Source of the DNA: an uncultured Chlamydiae bacterium
GTDB lineage: Bacteria > Chlamydiota > Chlamydiia > Chlamydiales > Parachlamydiaceae
Length of the DNA stretch: 64,000 nt
Assembly (NCBI GenBank): GCA_963754655.1
Contig: CAVWGN010000001.1
Span: 2,944,001 to 3,008,000 of the forward strand
Direction of reading: 5' to 3'
Below are positions 27,922-38,081 of the stretch, piece after piece. A model generated the notes under the pieces. That model had not been told where the DNA came from and did no database searches. It saw only the letters and a list, made by a program, of their open reading frames with translations. Within the stretch, counting starts at the first letter, position 1, and each line of letters begins with the position of its first letter. The position numbers and the translations under genes are program-made.

Positions 27922-29765
27922 TAGTATTTCATTACATGAGTTTAGCCTATTGGGACTGCTTCAAAGCCCGGGATTGGGATGAGATGATTCTCTTGTAGTC
28001 TTCAGACTACATGATGAGGGCTAATCTAACCCAGGGCGATGCCCTGGACCGGGACTTAACAAAGAACTATTTTTGGACTTGATATTCGTCGCATCAATTT
28101 AGCAACACCACGGCTGTAATAGACTTTAGAGGCATATTTCCCGAAAATGACGCGAAAAACATCAAGCCCAAAACAGTTCTTTGTTAAGTCCCGGCATATG
28201 GCTAGGTAATCGGAATTTTTATCTTTGTTTTTGCAATGTTGCTTGATCCATATCCTTTCCCTCAGCGACGAGCGGCGTTAGCCGCGCATGGATAGTAGCC
28301 GTGGGTGTAGGCGCAAGCCGAAACCCACGGTTACCCACAAAACAAATTTGAGCCACGTTAGTGGCGTAGCATTCGTTTAAATAAACATCGCTCCACTATC
28401 ACATTTCCTACGCCACTAACGTGGCTTCATTTTTTTTACCATACACCGTGGGTTCCGGCTTCGCCTACACCCACGGCTACTATCCATGCGCGGCTAACGC
28501 CGCTTGAGCGACAAACTTAGCTTCTGGAGTTTGCCGGAAGCATTTCGTTCCTAGCTTATGGCCGGGACTTAACAAAGAACTGTTTTGGGCTTGATGTTTT
28601 TCGCGTCATTTTCGGGAAATATACCTCTAAAGTCTACTACAGGCGCAGTGTTGTTAAATTGACGGGACGAATATCAAGCCCAAAACAGTTCTTTGTTAAG
28701 TCCCGGCCATAGGCTAGGATCGAAATGCTTCCGGCAAACTCCAGAAGCTAAGTTTGTCGCTCAAGCGGCGTTAGCCGCGCATGGATAGTAGCCGTGGGTG
28801 TAGGCGCAAGCCGAAACCCACGGCTACCCTCAAAACAAATTTGAGCCACGTTAGTGACGTAGCATTCGTTTAAATAAACATTGCTCCACCATCACATTTC
28901 CTACGCCACTAACGTGGCTTCATTTTTTTTACCATACACCGTGGGTTCCGGCTTCGCCTACACCCACGGCTACTATCCATGCGCGGCTAACGCCGCTTGA
29001 GCGACAAATTCAGCTTGTGGAGTTTGCCGGAAGCATTTCGATCCTAGCCTATGGCCGGGACTTAACAAAGAATTGTTTTGGGCTTGATGTTTTCGCGTCA
29101 TTTTCGGGAAATATACCTCTAAAGTTTATTACAGGCGCGGTGTTGTTAAATTGACGGGACGAATATCAAGCTCAAAACAGTTCTTTGTTAAGTCCCGGCC
29201 ATAGGCTAGGATCGAAATGCTTCCGGCAAACTCCACAAGCTGAATTTGTCGCTCAAGCGGCGTTAGCCGCGCATGGATAATAGCCGTGGGTGTAGGCGCA
29301 AGCCGAAACCCACGGTTACCCTCAAAACAAATTTGAGCCACGTTAGTGGCGTAGCATTCGTTTAAATAAACATTGCTCCACCATCACATTTCCTACGCCA
29401 CTAACGTGGCTTCATTTTTTTTACCATACACCGTGGGTTCCGGCTTCGCCTACACCCACGGCTACTATCCATGCGCGGCTAACGCCGCTTGAGCGACAAA
29501 TTCAGCTTGTGGAGTTTGCCGGAAGCATTTCGATCCTAGCCTATGGCCGGGACTTAACAAAGAACTGTTTTGGGCTTGATTTTTTTCGCGTCATTTTCGG
29601 AAAATATGCCTCTAAAGTCTATTACAGGCGCGGTGTTGTTAAATTGACGGGACGAATATCAAGCCCAAAAATAGTTCTTTGTTAAGTCCCAGCCCTGGGT
29701 TAGATTAGCCCTCTTCATGTAGTCTGAAGGACTACAAGAGAATCATGTCCTCCCAACCCGGCTTA
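27922..29765. repeat. Nested composite repeat: family-B REP arms enclosing four ~145-bp MITE-like units alternating with three palindromic family-F REPINs (period ~493 bp)
   Basis: MITE units with ~34-bp TIR CCGGGACTTAACAAAGAACTGTTTTGGGCTTGAT at 28049-28194 (inverted), 28562-28706, 29055-29198 and 29547-29690; outer arms match 50640-50757 and 51766-51882. Confidence 0.92.
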
Positions 29766-29929
29766 AAAGATCGCTCTTTGCCTTTGCGAGAAGTTGATTT
29801 AAACTTGCTAACGAAAAATTAATTGCAAAATTAAACTAATGTTTATTTAATAAATAAACTAACGAAATAATTACAAAAAATAAACAATTTCTAAACAATA
29901 AAATATTTGAATTGGAAATAGCATCGTTC

Positions 29930-29958
29930 TTGATTTAATTAAGAATTAATGCTATAAT
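29930..29958 (+). promoter_or_regulatory. Strong sigma66 promoter upstream of cdsF
   Basis: TTGATT-N17-TATAAT with extended -10 TG (TGCTATAAT); AT-rich upstream. Confidence 0.65.
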
Positions 29959-30281
29959 TAAAAGTGAAGAATAAGGCACCGCTTGAATACGTATAAAGTA
30001 AGTCTTTAGTCCTATTGAAAGTGCAAGAGATTTATCAAAGAAAACAAGCGTGCAAAATTAAGGAGACAATGAAGAAGTCCATTCATTCAGCGTAAGCTAA
30101 ATGATGTAATTGATTCTTTTCTTTGTCTTTAATTTATAAAGTTTAAGTGTTGTAGCGTTTCAGAACCGAAGTTTAAAGGGATCAAGCTCTTAAACTTCAG
30201 GAAGTGTAATTTCCCAAATCTGAATTCCCTACTGAACTTATTATGTATCTTAATAAGAAGAAGTAGTTGGAGGAAAAATTT

Positions 30282-30536
30282 ATGGCTATAGGCGACGGAA
30301 CAGTAAGAGAAGGTTTCAGTACAGATGAATTGCTGAAAATCATCGGTGACGGAACCAAGATGGTTGATAAAAAATTAAAGGAATTGAAGGCACGAGGAAG
30401 TGCGATCAGTATTCCTGACATGTTTGAGATGCAAATGCTGATGAACAAGCTTTCTCAACTATCCGAAATGTCAACCTCTATCGTCAGTGCGTCTAACACT
30501 GCCATTAGCTCAATGGCGCGTAACGTTAAGTCATAA
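30282..30536 (+). CDS. cdsF: T3SS needle subunit CdsF/SctF
   Basis: 84 aa from ATG 30282 with GGAGG RBS; MFEMQMLMNKLSQLSEMSTSIVSASNTAISSMARNVKS needle-type C-terminal helix. Confidence 0.85.
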   Translation: MAIGDGTVREGFSTDELLKIIGDGTKMVDKKLKELKARGSAISIPDMFEMQMLMNKLSQLSEMSTSIVSASNTAISSMARNVKS

Positions 30537-30691
30537 TGATGGAATAGCCAAAATAAATTTTGGCAACTCCCATCACATGTGGCTCTTGGTGTGGAAATTC
30601 ATTTATATTTAAAGCAATGAGTTTTATCAGAATGATTTTCCTCCCAAGGCCACTGTTATTATAAAGATTTTTAAGATAAGGGAAGCTTATC

Positions 30692-31537
30692 ATGGCAGCA
30701 GATCAAGTAGAAGCAGTAAAAAAGGTTACTGAGACTTTGAGTAAGCAGTCGAATCCCATTGAAGAGATGGAACACCTCTCTCAAAATAAAGAGCATTTTG
30801 ACTCGCTCATGAATTCTTCACAACCTATCAAAGCCAATTCTTTTGAACGAATTGATACAAAAGCCTTTGTTAACGAAGAGGTTCAAAGTATAGAAAAGAA
30901 TCCCGTTTTTGCAGAGGAAAATGTTTCCGCCCAAAAAAGTGGAACAGCCACAGATCAGGATCGTAAGCAACGTCAACAAGGGCAAACAGAAGAAGTGGAA
31001 GGCATAGCAGCCACAGGTTCTAAAAAATCGACCTCAAAGACGAACTCTTTGATGGATGAAGTCTCTAAGCTCAATAAGAATATCTCTAATATTTCGAATT
31101 CGAGTCCAGAACATATTAAGACTCAAGCAAAAAATGCTATCGCACAAATTGAAAATCTCAAAACCCAGCTTTCGCAAGCAAACGAGATTAAACCTTCCTA
31201 TCAAACTCTGCTGCGCAATCGGCTCACTCATATTGATGATAACCTCAAGATTGCTCTAAATAAAGCAGGCGTCGAATATACTCCTCCTCCGGTGACCCAG
31301 GCGGGAAAGGATAGTCCTATTCACAAATTCATTGGTTTTTTAACCAATAGCCAACATCAACTTGAAAATTTGAATGTGGTCATTGATAAAGTTAATAATA
31401 CCGGAAAGATCACTCCAGCCAATATGTTGGCCATTCAAATGAAGATGGGTTATGTTCAACAACAAATTGAATTATTCACTAGTTTGTTGAATAAGGCTTT
31501 AGAATCGACAAAGACAATCATGAACGTTCAAGTCTAA
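30692..31537 (+). CDS. T3SS protein, CT668-like (rod/SctI-like C-terminus)
   Basis: C-terminal MLAIQMKMGYVQQQIELFTSLLNKALESTKTIMNVQV; directly upstream of cdsN. Confidence 0.65.
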   Translation: MAADQVEAVKKVTETLSKQSNPIEEMEHLSQNKEHFDSLMNSSQPIKANSFERIDTKAFVNEEVQSIEKNPVFAEENVSAQKSGTATDQDRKQRQQGQTEEVEGIAATGSKKSTSKTNSLMDEVSKLNKNISNISNSSPEHIKTQAKNAIAQIENLKTQLSQANEIKPSYQTLLRNRLTHIDDNLKIALNKAGVEYTPPPVTQAGKDSPIHKFIGFLTNSQHQLENLNVVIDKVNNTGKITPANMLAIQMKMGYVQQQIELFTSLLNKALESTKTIMNVQV

Positions 31538-31634
31538 GTAGCGATTGCCTCCTAAAGGATAAACATCACGAAAGACATCGTGATTTTATCTCTTTTTAAG
31601 TTATTCACAAAACTCTCAGGTCAAAGAGAAAAAC

Positions 31635-32951
31635 ATGTTTTCTAACGATCAAATTGGCAAGTTGCTGGGAGATCTAGACGACCTACAGTTGACAACAATT
31701 AATGGTCGCATCACAGAAATCGTTGGCATGCTCATCAAAGCCGTTGTTCCCCACGTCAAAATTGGGGAAGTGTGCTTGATCAAACGCGCGGGTGAACCCT
31801 TGCGCGCTGAAGTTGTCGGTTTTACCAAAGATGAGGTTCTTCTTTCGCCACTAGGAGAAATGACGGGCATTGGTCCTTCTTCTGAAGTGATTCCTACCTA
31901 TCTTCCTCTCCATATCAAAGTAGGGCCGCAATTATTAGGAAGAGTCTTAAATGCCTTAGGCGAGCCTTTAGACGAAGAAACCAAAGGTCCCTTAGTTCTT
32001 GAAGAGACATATCCTGTCATTCAGGCACCCCCCGATCCAGTCAAACGCATGCCCGTTAATAAACCTATTTCGGTAGGGGTTCGTGCGATTGATGGAATTT
32101 TGACGGCGGGGCTTGGTCAACGGGTTGGAATTTTTGCAGCAGCGGGTGGTGGGAAGTCAACTCTTTTAGGAATGATTGCCCGCAATGCAGTAGCTGATGT
32201 CAATGTGATCAGTCTAATTGGAGAGCGTGGGCGTGAGCTACGCGAATTTATTGAAAAAGATTTAGGAACAGAAGGTCTTAAACGCTCCGTTTTAATTGTT
32301 TCGACCTCTGATCAGGCTTCTCAATTACGCTTAAATGCTGCCTACGTGGGAACAGCCATTGCTGAGTATTTCCGCGATCAAGGCAAATCTGTCATTTTAA
32401 TGATGGACTCGGTCACTCGCTTTGCACGTGCTTTGAGAGAAGTTGGGCTGGCAGCCGGCGAGCCACCTGCACGTGCTGGTTATACACCTTCTGTGTTTTC
32501 GACTTTGCCTAAATTATTGGAAAGATCAGGTAACTCCGATAAAGGCAGCATTACAGCATTTTATACAGTACTCGTTGCTGGGGATGACATGAATGAACCA
32601 GTTGCAGACGAAGTGCGCTCCATTTTAGATGGACACATTATCCTGTCCAGCGACTTGGCCCGTCAATACCATTATCCGGCAATCGACATTCTTTCGTCTG
32701 CAAGCCGTGTCATTAATTCTATTATTTCTAAGGATCATTTGCAATTGATTGGAAAATTGAAAGAAGTCTTGGCCAACTATAAAAAAAATGAGCTATTGAT
32801 CAAAATTGGCGAATATAAGCGAGGAGCTGATAAAGCGGGTGATTTTGCAATCGACCACATTGAAAAAGTTTTGAGATTTCTGAAACAATCTATTGATGAG
32901 AAATGTTCTTTTCAAGAAACCCTTCAATTACTGAAATCTCTTTTTAGATAA
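31635..32951 (+). CDS. cdsN: T3SS ATPase CdsN/SctN
   Basis: AAAGGGKST Walker [33 protein letters not shown]. Confidence 0.97.
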   Translation: MFSNDQIGKLLGDLDDLQLTTINGRITEIVGMLIKAVVPHVKIGEVCLIKRAGEPLRAEVVGFTKDEVLLSPLGEMTGIGPSSEVIPTYLPLHIKVGPQLLGRVLNALGEPLDEETKGPLVLEETYPVIQAPPDPVKRMPVNKPISVGVRAIDGILTAGLGQRVGIFAAAGGGKSTLLGMIARNAVADVNVISLIGERGRELREFIEKDLGTEGLKRSVLIVSTSDQASQLRLNAAYVGTAIAEYFRDQGKSVILMMDSVTRFARALREVGLAAGEPPARAGYTPSVFSTLPKLLERSGNSDKGSITAFYTVLVAGDDMNEPVADEVRSILDGHIILSSDLARQYHYPAIDILSSASRVINSIISKDHLQLIGKLKEVLANYKKNELLIKIGEYKRGADKAGDFAIDHIEKVLRFLKQSIDEKCSFQETLQLLKSLFR

Positions 32952-32972
32952 ATATGCTGAAAGTAGGGCACA

Positions 32973-33467
32973 ATGAGTAAAATTGTTTATCCTCTTAAAC
33001 AGATTATCGAAGTCAAGCAAAGACGAGTAGAGGAAGCTGAAAAAGTGGTGAGAGAGAAACAACTTGCCCTAACAAAAGAACAACAAAAGCTAGCAGAACG
33101 TGAAAAAGAGCGAGATAAAGTCAAAAAGCACAAACAAGAAAAGCTCACTCAATTGCGCGAAACGATGGATCAAGGAACCACCAGTCCTAAAATTCAACAA
33201 ATGAAAGTCTATCTTAAAGTGGTAGATGAAAAATTAAAAGTAGAAGAAAAAAAAGTCAAAGATCAAAAAGAACAAGTCGCTATTGCAGAGAAAAATTTGG
33301 AACAGGCCAAAATTGACCTCCAACGCAAGCGTCAAGAGGTTGATAAATTGCTCATTCATCAAAAAGATTGGGAAAAGCAAATGCAAAAAGAAATGGATAT
33401 TATTGAAGGCCGCGAACAAGATGAATTGGGAGCGATTATTCATGCCATCCATCACCGCAAACATTGA
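32973..33467 (+). CDS. cdsO: T3SS stalk protein CdsO/SctO
   Basis: YPL-x2-I start, charged coiled coil, EQDE end; directly after cdsN. Confidence 0.85.
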   Translation: MSKIVYPLKQIIEVKQRRVEEAEKVVREKQLALTKEQQKLAEREKERDKVKKHKQEKLTQLRETMDQGTTSPKIQQMKVYLKVVDEKLKVEEKKVKDQKEQVAIAEKNLEQAKIDLQRKRQEVDKLLIHQKDWEKQMQKEMDIIEGREQDELGAIIHAIHHRKH

Positions 33468-33523
33468 GACTTTGCAATTGAGCAAATCAATACTAAATCT
33501 AGCTGAATGTAAAGGAGTATAAT

Positions 33524-34681
33524 ATGTTAAGTAATACATCCCCTATTCGCCCTAATTCAAGGGAGGACAGTGGCCGCACAGATCGAACAAAACCCCAGGG
33601 CTCTCCACGTAACGATGATTTTCGAAAATCCATGAGAGATAGAGGATCTTCTAAAGAAGAACATGTCTCAACCGTCGAAGATCGTGAAGAATCCCCTTCT
33701 GTATTTGATTTATCCAAAAAAAATAAATCTAAGCCTAAATCTTCTTCGACGAGTCAGTCAAAAAAAGAATCCTCTTCAGATTTCGCTTCTAACCGTCCTG
33801 TGACATCTAAACCAGAGCGCGATGAAAGCCAAGATCATGCTTCCAATGAAGAGGCGACAACCGAATATTTTCAGTCAGCTGCAGACGATTTATTTGCAGC
33901 TGTCGATGACTCCCAATTGACCTTTATGGATGAAAGCTTTCAAGAGCCAGAAATTGAGATCCCTCAACCTAAAATGCCGGAAGACCTGAATAAACTTCCT
34001 GATCAATCTCTTACAAAAGATGCCTTAAGACAGCAAGCAGCCGCTTTGCAGTCTCAAAAAACCAAAGGATTAGATAAAACATCCTCTTTTGAAACAGGAA
34101 ATGCTAGCCAAAGCTCCAAAAAACAAAAAACCAGCAAAAGGGAAGAATCACGCAATGAAGGGGCAAATGAAGTGAAAGGAGATGCAAGTGCAGCAGTCAA
34201 TGCCAGTATTCAATCTGTAGGATTTCGAACGGATAAAGCGCAGGAAGGACAAGAATCTTCTCGTTCTGCAACTATTAAAGAAATTGTGACTCAAATTGTG
34301 GATCGTATTCAAATCATGCGCAAAGATAATGAAACCCATACTACTATTACCCTTCGCCATCCTCCCTTATTAGAAGGTGCAACCATCACCTTAACAACGA
34401 CAGATCATGCCAAACGCGAATTCAACATTGCATTTGCCAATTTATCCCCAGATGCCAAATTACTCTTAGACCGCAAATTTAAAGAGGATTCATTAACGGA
34501 AACATTAGAACGCAAGGGGATTATTGTGCACATGTTGACAACCTCAACCCAAGAAAATCCTCTTAATATTGAAGCAAGTGGTCAATCTTTCCGCGATCGA
34601 CAAGAACAGCAACAGCAACAACAGCAGCAGCAACAAAGACAGCAAAGATTCCAAGAGCCAGAAGAAGAGGAAACCCCTTAA
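33524..34681 (+). CDS. cdsP: Needle-length ruler CdsP/SctP (CT671-like)
   Basis: Long disordered N-terminus, compact C-terminal domain (IVTQIVDRIQ...TTITL...ATITL), poly-Q tail; position between cdsO and cdsQ. Confidence 0.75.
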   Translation: MLSNTSPIRPNSREDSGRTDRTKPQGSPRNDDFRKSMRDRGSSKEEHVSTVEDREESPSVFDLSKKNKSKPKSSSTSQSKKESSSDFASNRPVTSKPERDESQDHASNEEATTEYFQSAADDLFAAVDDSQLTFMDESFQEPEIEIPQPKMPEDLNKLPDQSLTKDALRQQAAALQSQKTKGLDKTSSFETGNASQSSKKQKTSKREESRNEGANEVKGDASAAVNASIQSVGFRTDKAQEGQESSRSATIKEIVTQIVDRIQIMRKDNETHTTITLRHPPLLEGATITLTTTDHAKREFNIAFANLSPDAKLLLDRKFKEDSLTETLERKGIIVHMLTTSTQENPLNIEASGQSFRDRQEQQQQQQQQQQRQQRFQEPEEEETP

Positions 34682-34715
34682 TTTTGAATAGGACGAAAAG
34701 TCAGAAAGAAACATC

Positions 34716-34755
34716 AAGGACTCAGGGATTAAAATAGTATTTTCCTTGGGTCCTT
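34716..34755 (+). terminator. Hairpin after cdsP (possible terminator or processing site)
   Basis: AAGGACTCAGGGA / TCCTTGGGTCCTT 13-bp stem with G-U pairs. Confidence 0.4.
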
Positions 34756-35037
34756 ATGTCTATATGGTTTAAAATGTTCTAAAAACTTATTAACCTGAAT
34801 ATTGAGTTTTTCTCCTTTTAATAATTGATCATAGGCATAAAAAACGAAAGTTTTTAACGTTTTACCTCGTGTTTAACAATGCAATTGTCCTGCAAGGAGT
34901 ATATTAAGCTTTTGTACAAAAGCATTTTTGTTGTACATATTTAATTCCAGAAGGTGGAAAATCAGAATTAAGCGGCTTTAGCCCTTCTGACCCTTTTCTT
35001 CTCTAATCATAAATCATAGATATTAAATAAGATAAAT

Positions 35038-36399
35038 ATGACAACACCTCCTTCTTCTTATGATTGGGTCCGTGAAATCAAGCCTAATCTTAAAAAACTC
35101 GATTCCGTCCCTTTAACGGGGACTGCTCCCCCTTTTCCCTGGGATGATTTAGCTGCTCGTTTGGCTCGCTCTTTTGATCGCGAAGGGTTGGTCATTCAAC
35201 CGGGAGAAATGGCTTGGCGTGCCAAAGAAGATCTTTATGAGGGCTTAGGCGATTCTCCTTTTCCATTAATTTTTTCCATCCCTTCTCTGCGCGGGCAAGT
35301 AGGATGGATAATGCCTGCTCAAGAAATGTCTTCTTTAGCTGCTTTGCTTTTAACTAAAGAATCTCATCCCTTGCCTCTTCATGACGCTGCTTTAGATGAA
35401 AGTTTTTATCACTTTTTGGCTTTAGAAGTTTTATATCATTTTACTCAGGTTGCATTTGATAAAACACTATCCCCTATTTTAACCAATCAAAGGATTTTGC
35501 CTAACGAAGATGCCCTTTGTTGGGATATTTCTCTTCTCATACACAATCATACAATTTGGGGACGACTCATGATTTCCCCTGAATTTCGCCGCTCTTGGAT
35601 CGAACATTTTGCTCAAAAATATGAGAGTTCTTCTCTCTCGCAACAAATGGCACACTTAGTCAATGTCATTGTCCATTTAGAAGCTGGCAAAACCCAATTT
35701 TCTTTAGCTGAATGGAAATCTGTTGAATTGGGAGATTTCATCATTCTCGATAGCTGTTCTTTAGATCCTGAACGGCTTGACGGTCGTATTCTATTGACTA
35801 TTAATGGTAAACAAACTTTTCGCGCTAAACTTAAAGAGGGAACTCTGAAAATTTTAGAACTTCCCTTATTGCATGAGGTAGAAACATCTATGGCTAAACA
35901 ACCTGAAGAAGAAGAAGACGATTTAAGTGATTTAGATTTGCCTGAAGAGGAAAATGAAGAATTAGACGAAGAAGATCTTTTTGATGATGAAGATGATTTA
36001 TTCGAAGACGAAGAAGATGAAGACGAAGAAGATGAAGACGAAGATGAAGACGAAGATGAAGAAGACAAAGACGAAGAAGCTGACACAGGAGTTTCTACTC
36101 CGGTCATGGAACCAGATTCGGAAGTTTCATCGCCTACTCAAGCTGCTGCACCTGAACAAGAGGCTAAACCACGCCTGATAGCTGCAGAGCAAATTCCCGT
36201 CACACTAGTTGTTGAAGTGGGTCAAGTTCAAATGACGATGGATCAACTTTTGAAACTTGAACCCGGTAATCTCCTAGAAATTAGTATCCATCCAGAAAAT
36301 GGAGTCGATTTAACTATTAATGGAAAAGTCGTAGGCAAAGGAGAACTCGTTCGCATTGGAGAAGTTATAGGGGTCCGAGTCTTGGAATTAGGACGTTGA
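35038..36399 (+). CDS. cdsQ: T3SS C-ring protein CdsQ/SctQ
   Basis: C-terminal SpoA domain (IPVTLVVEVG...VVGKGELVRIGEVIGVRVLEL); long acidic linker. Confidence 0.92.
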   Translation: MTTPPSSYDWVREIKPNLKKLDSVPLTGTAPPFPWDDLAARLARSFDREGLVIQPGEMAWRAKEDLYEGLGDSPFPLIFSIPSLRGQVGWIMPAQEMSSLAALLLTKESHPLPLHDAALDESFYHFLALEVLYHFTQVAFDKTLSPILTNQRILPNEDALCWDISLLIHNHTIWGRLMISPEFRRSWIEHFAQKYESSSLSQQMAHLVNVIVHLEAGKTQFSLAEWKSVELGDFIILDSCSLDPERLDGRILLTINGKQTFRAKLKEGTLKILELPLLHEVETSMAKQPEEEEDDLSDLDLPEEENEELDEEDLFDDEDDLFEDEEDEDEEDEDEDEDEDEEDKDEEADTGVSTPVMEPDSEVSSPTQAAAPEQEAKPRLIAAEQIPVTLVVEVGQVQMTMDQLLKLEPGNLLEISIHPENGVDLTINGKVVGKGELVRIGEVIGVRVLELGR

Positions 36400-36476
36400 G
36401 AGTGATTGATTGGATTGGTCATACTCCCTTTCGATCAAATTGACCGATCCAAATTGACCAAAAGACTATAAAGAGA

Positions 36477-38081
36477 ATGGTTAATATGGTTGAACCAGAT
36501 TTTCACAAGCAAAAAACTTTTCCCACCCTTGCTAGTAAACCCCCAACTCAGGAAAAACTACCTGGAACAATTGGCCCTTATAAAGTAGAAGCCCTGCTAG
36601 AAAGAGGAGGAATGAGTTTGCTCTATTTAGCTACTCATCCCGAAACAAAAGATCCCATTACAATCAAAGTTTTGTTTCCTGAATTTCTTTCTAATCCTGA
36701 AATGGTCCAACGTTTTTTGCGCGAAGCCGCTATTATTGCCTTGGCTGATCACCCCAATATCGTCAAATTGTATGGACAAGGAGAATGGGAGGGGGGACTT
36801 TATATTGCAATGGAATTCATCCAAGGCATTTCTCTTAGGCAATATCTCTTGCGCAATTTGATTTCGCTCAAACATGCTTTGGAACTAGTCATGGAAATTT
36901 CTATGGCTCTTTGCCATTTACACGCCCACGGCATTATTCATCGCGATCTTAAACCTGAAAATATTTTGGTTAATGAATCGGGAGGAGTGAAAGTAATTGA
37001 CTTTGGCATTGCTCAGTTGCTAACCGACAGCCAAAGAGACGCTCATGCCAAAAGACGCCTCATTGGGACTCCCATTTATATGAGTCCTGAACAAAAAAAT
37101 GATCCAGAATCGACTTCCTATCCATCTGATATTTATTCTTTAGGCATTATTACTTATGAATTGGTTCTTGGTAAATTGAGCCATGGCCATATTCACCTTT
37201 CTATTATGCCCAAAGGATTGCAAAAAATCTTAGCCAAAGCACTGCAGCAACAACCTGAAGATCGCTATCAAGATATCGTCGACTTTATGACAGATGTTTC
37301 TGCCTATTTGCATTCTCCTGCTCTTTTGAAGGAAAATAAAGAATTAGATCCTCTTAGTGATTTATCTGAAAGCTTGCGTCAAGCCCAACTTTCCTTAGTT
37401 CCGCAAGTCGCTCCTCTTTGGCCTAAATTCGAAATTGGCCTCACCACTTATAAAAGCTTGGGAACGTCTAGCTTATACTATGACTTTTTTACTCTTCCCG
37501 ATCAAGCGTATGGAATTATTATTGGAGAGCCCTCGATTAAAGGTTCGCCCGGAATTGTGTATGCTTCCGTTTTGAGAGGCATGGTACGTGCTCTTTGCCA
37601 GCTGACAAAGCAAGCGCAGGAAATGGCAACAGTACTCAATGCGCTGTTGCTAGAAGATCCTATGAAACAACATTTTTCTTTCAGCTATTTAATTCTATTG
37701 CCGCAAGACAATCTCTTTCGCTTTATTTCCTGCCGATGCGGACATCTGTGGTATTGCACTTCCTCTAGCTACTCTCTTGAGCCTATTCTGTCAGATAATC
37801 CTTCCCTGGGAGCTGATCCTAATGCCAATTTTGTAGAAATTGAACATCCTTGGAATGTAGGAGATTCTATTCTCTTATATGCTTCTTCTTCTCTAAGTGC
37901 CCCATCTTCTAGTAAGGAAGCTTTGTTTTCTCAAGAACAGTTACAAACAAGTATGGGAGATCTTCTTCATTCATCTGCACAACGTCGAGTAGATAGCATT
38001 TTGCGCAAAGTGAAGGTGAATCTCAGTCGCACTTCAGATGAGAGATCTGCCGTTTTTCTCAGTCTCATAAGAAAAGAATAA
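36477..38081 (+). CDS. pkn5: Ser/Thr protein kinase with C-terminal degenerate SpoIIE/PP2C-like domain (Pkn5-like)
   Basis: RGGMS, ITIK, HRDLKPEN, DFG, GTPIYMSPE; position between cdsQ and cdsC. Confidence 0.85.
   Translation: MVNMVEPDFHKQKTFPTLASKPPTQEKLPGTIGPYKVEALLERGGMSLLYLATHPETKDPITIKVLFPEFLSNPEMVQRFLREAAIIALADHPNIVKLYGQGEWEGGLYIAMEFIQGISLRQYLLRNLISLKHALELVMEISMALCHLHAHGIIHRDLKPENILVNESGGVKVIDFGIAQLLTDSQRDAHAKRRLIGTPIYMSPEQKNDPESTSYPSDIYSLGIITYELVLGKLSHGHIHLSIMPKGLQKILAKALQQQPEDRYQDIVDFMTDVSAYLHSPALLKENKELDPLSDLSESLRQAQLSLVPQVAPLWPKFEIGLTTYKSLGTSSLYYDFFTLPDQAYGIIIGEPSIKGSPGIVYASVLRGMVRALCQLTKQAQEMATVLNALLLEDPMKQHFSFSYLILLPQDNLFRFISCRCGHLWYCTSSSYSLEPILSDNPSLGADPNANFVEIEHPWNVGDSILLYASSSLSAPSSSKEALFSQEQLQTSMGDLLHSSAQRRVDSILRKVKVNLSRTSDERSAVFLSLIRKE

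Noticed and set aside
28049..29690. CRISPR-like periodicity of GGGACTTAACAAAGAAC
   Set aside because: Copies alternate in orientation as terminal inverted repeats and the intervening sequences are themselves repeated
34880..34890. TGCAATTGTCC matching the IS terminal repeat
   Set aside because: Only 11 bp, with no partner end or transposase remnant nearby; compatible with chance
35613..36107. 164-aa poly-Ser ORF on the minus strand
   Set aside because: Antisense shadow of the GAA/GAT acidic tract of cdsQ
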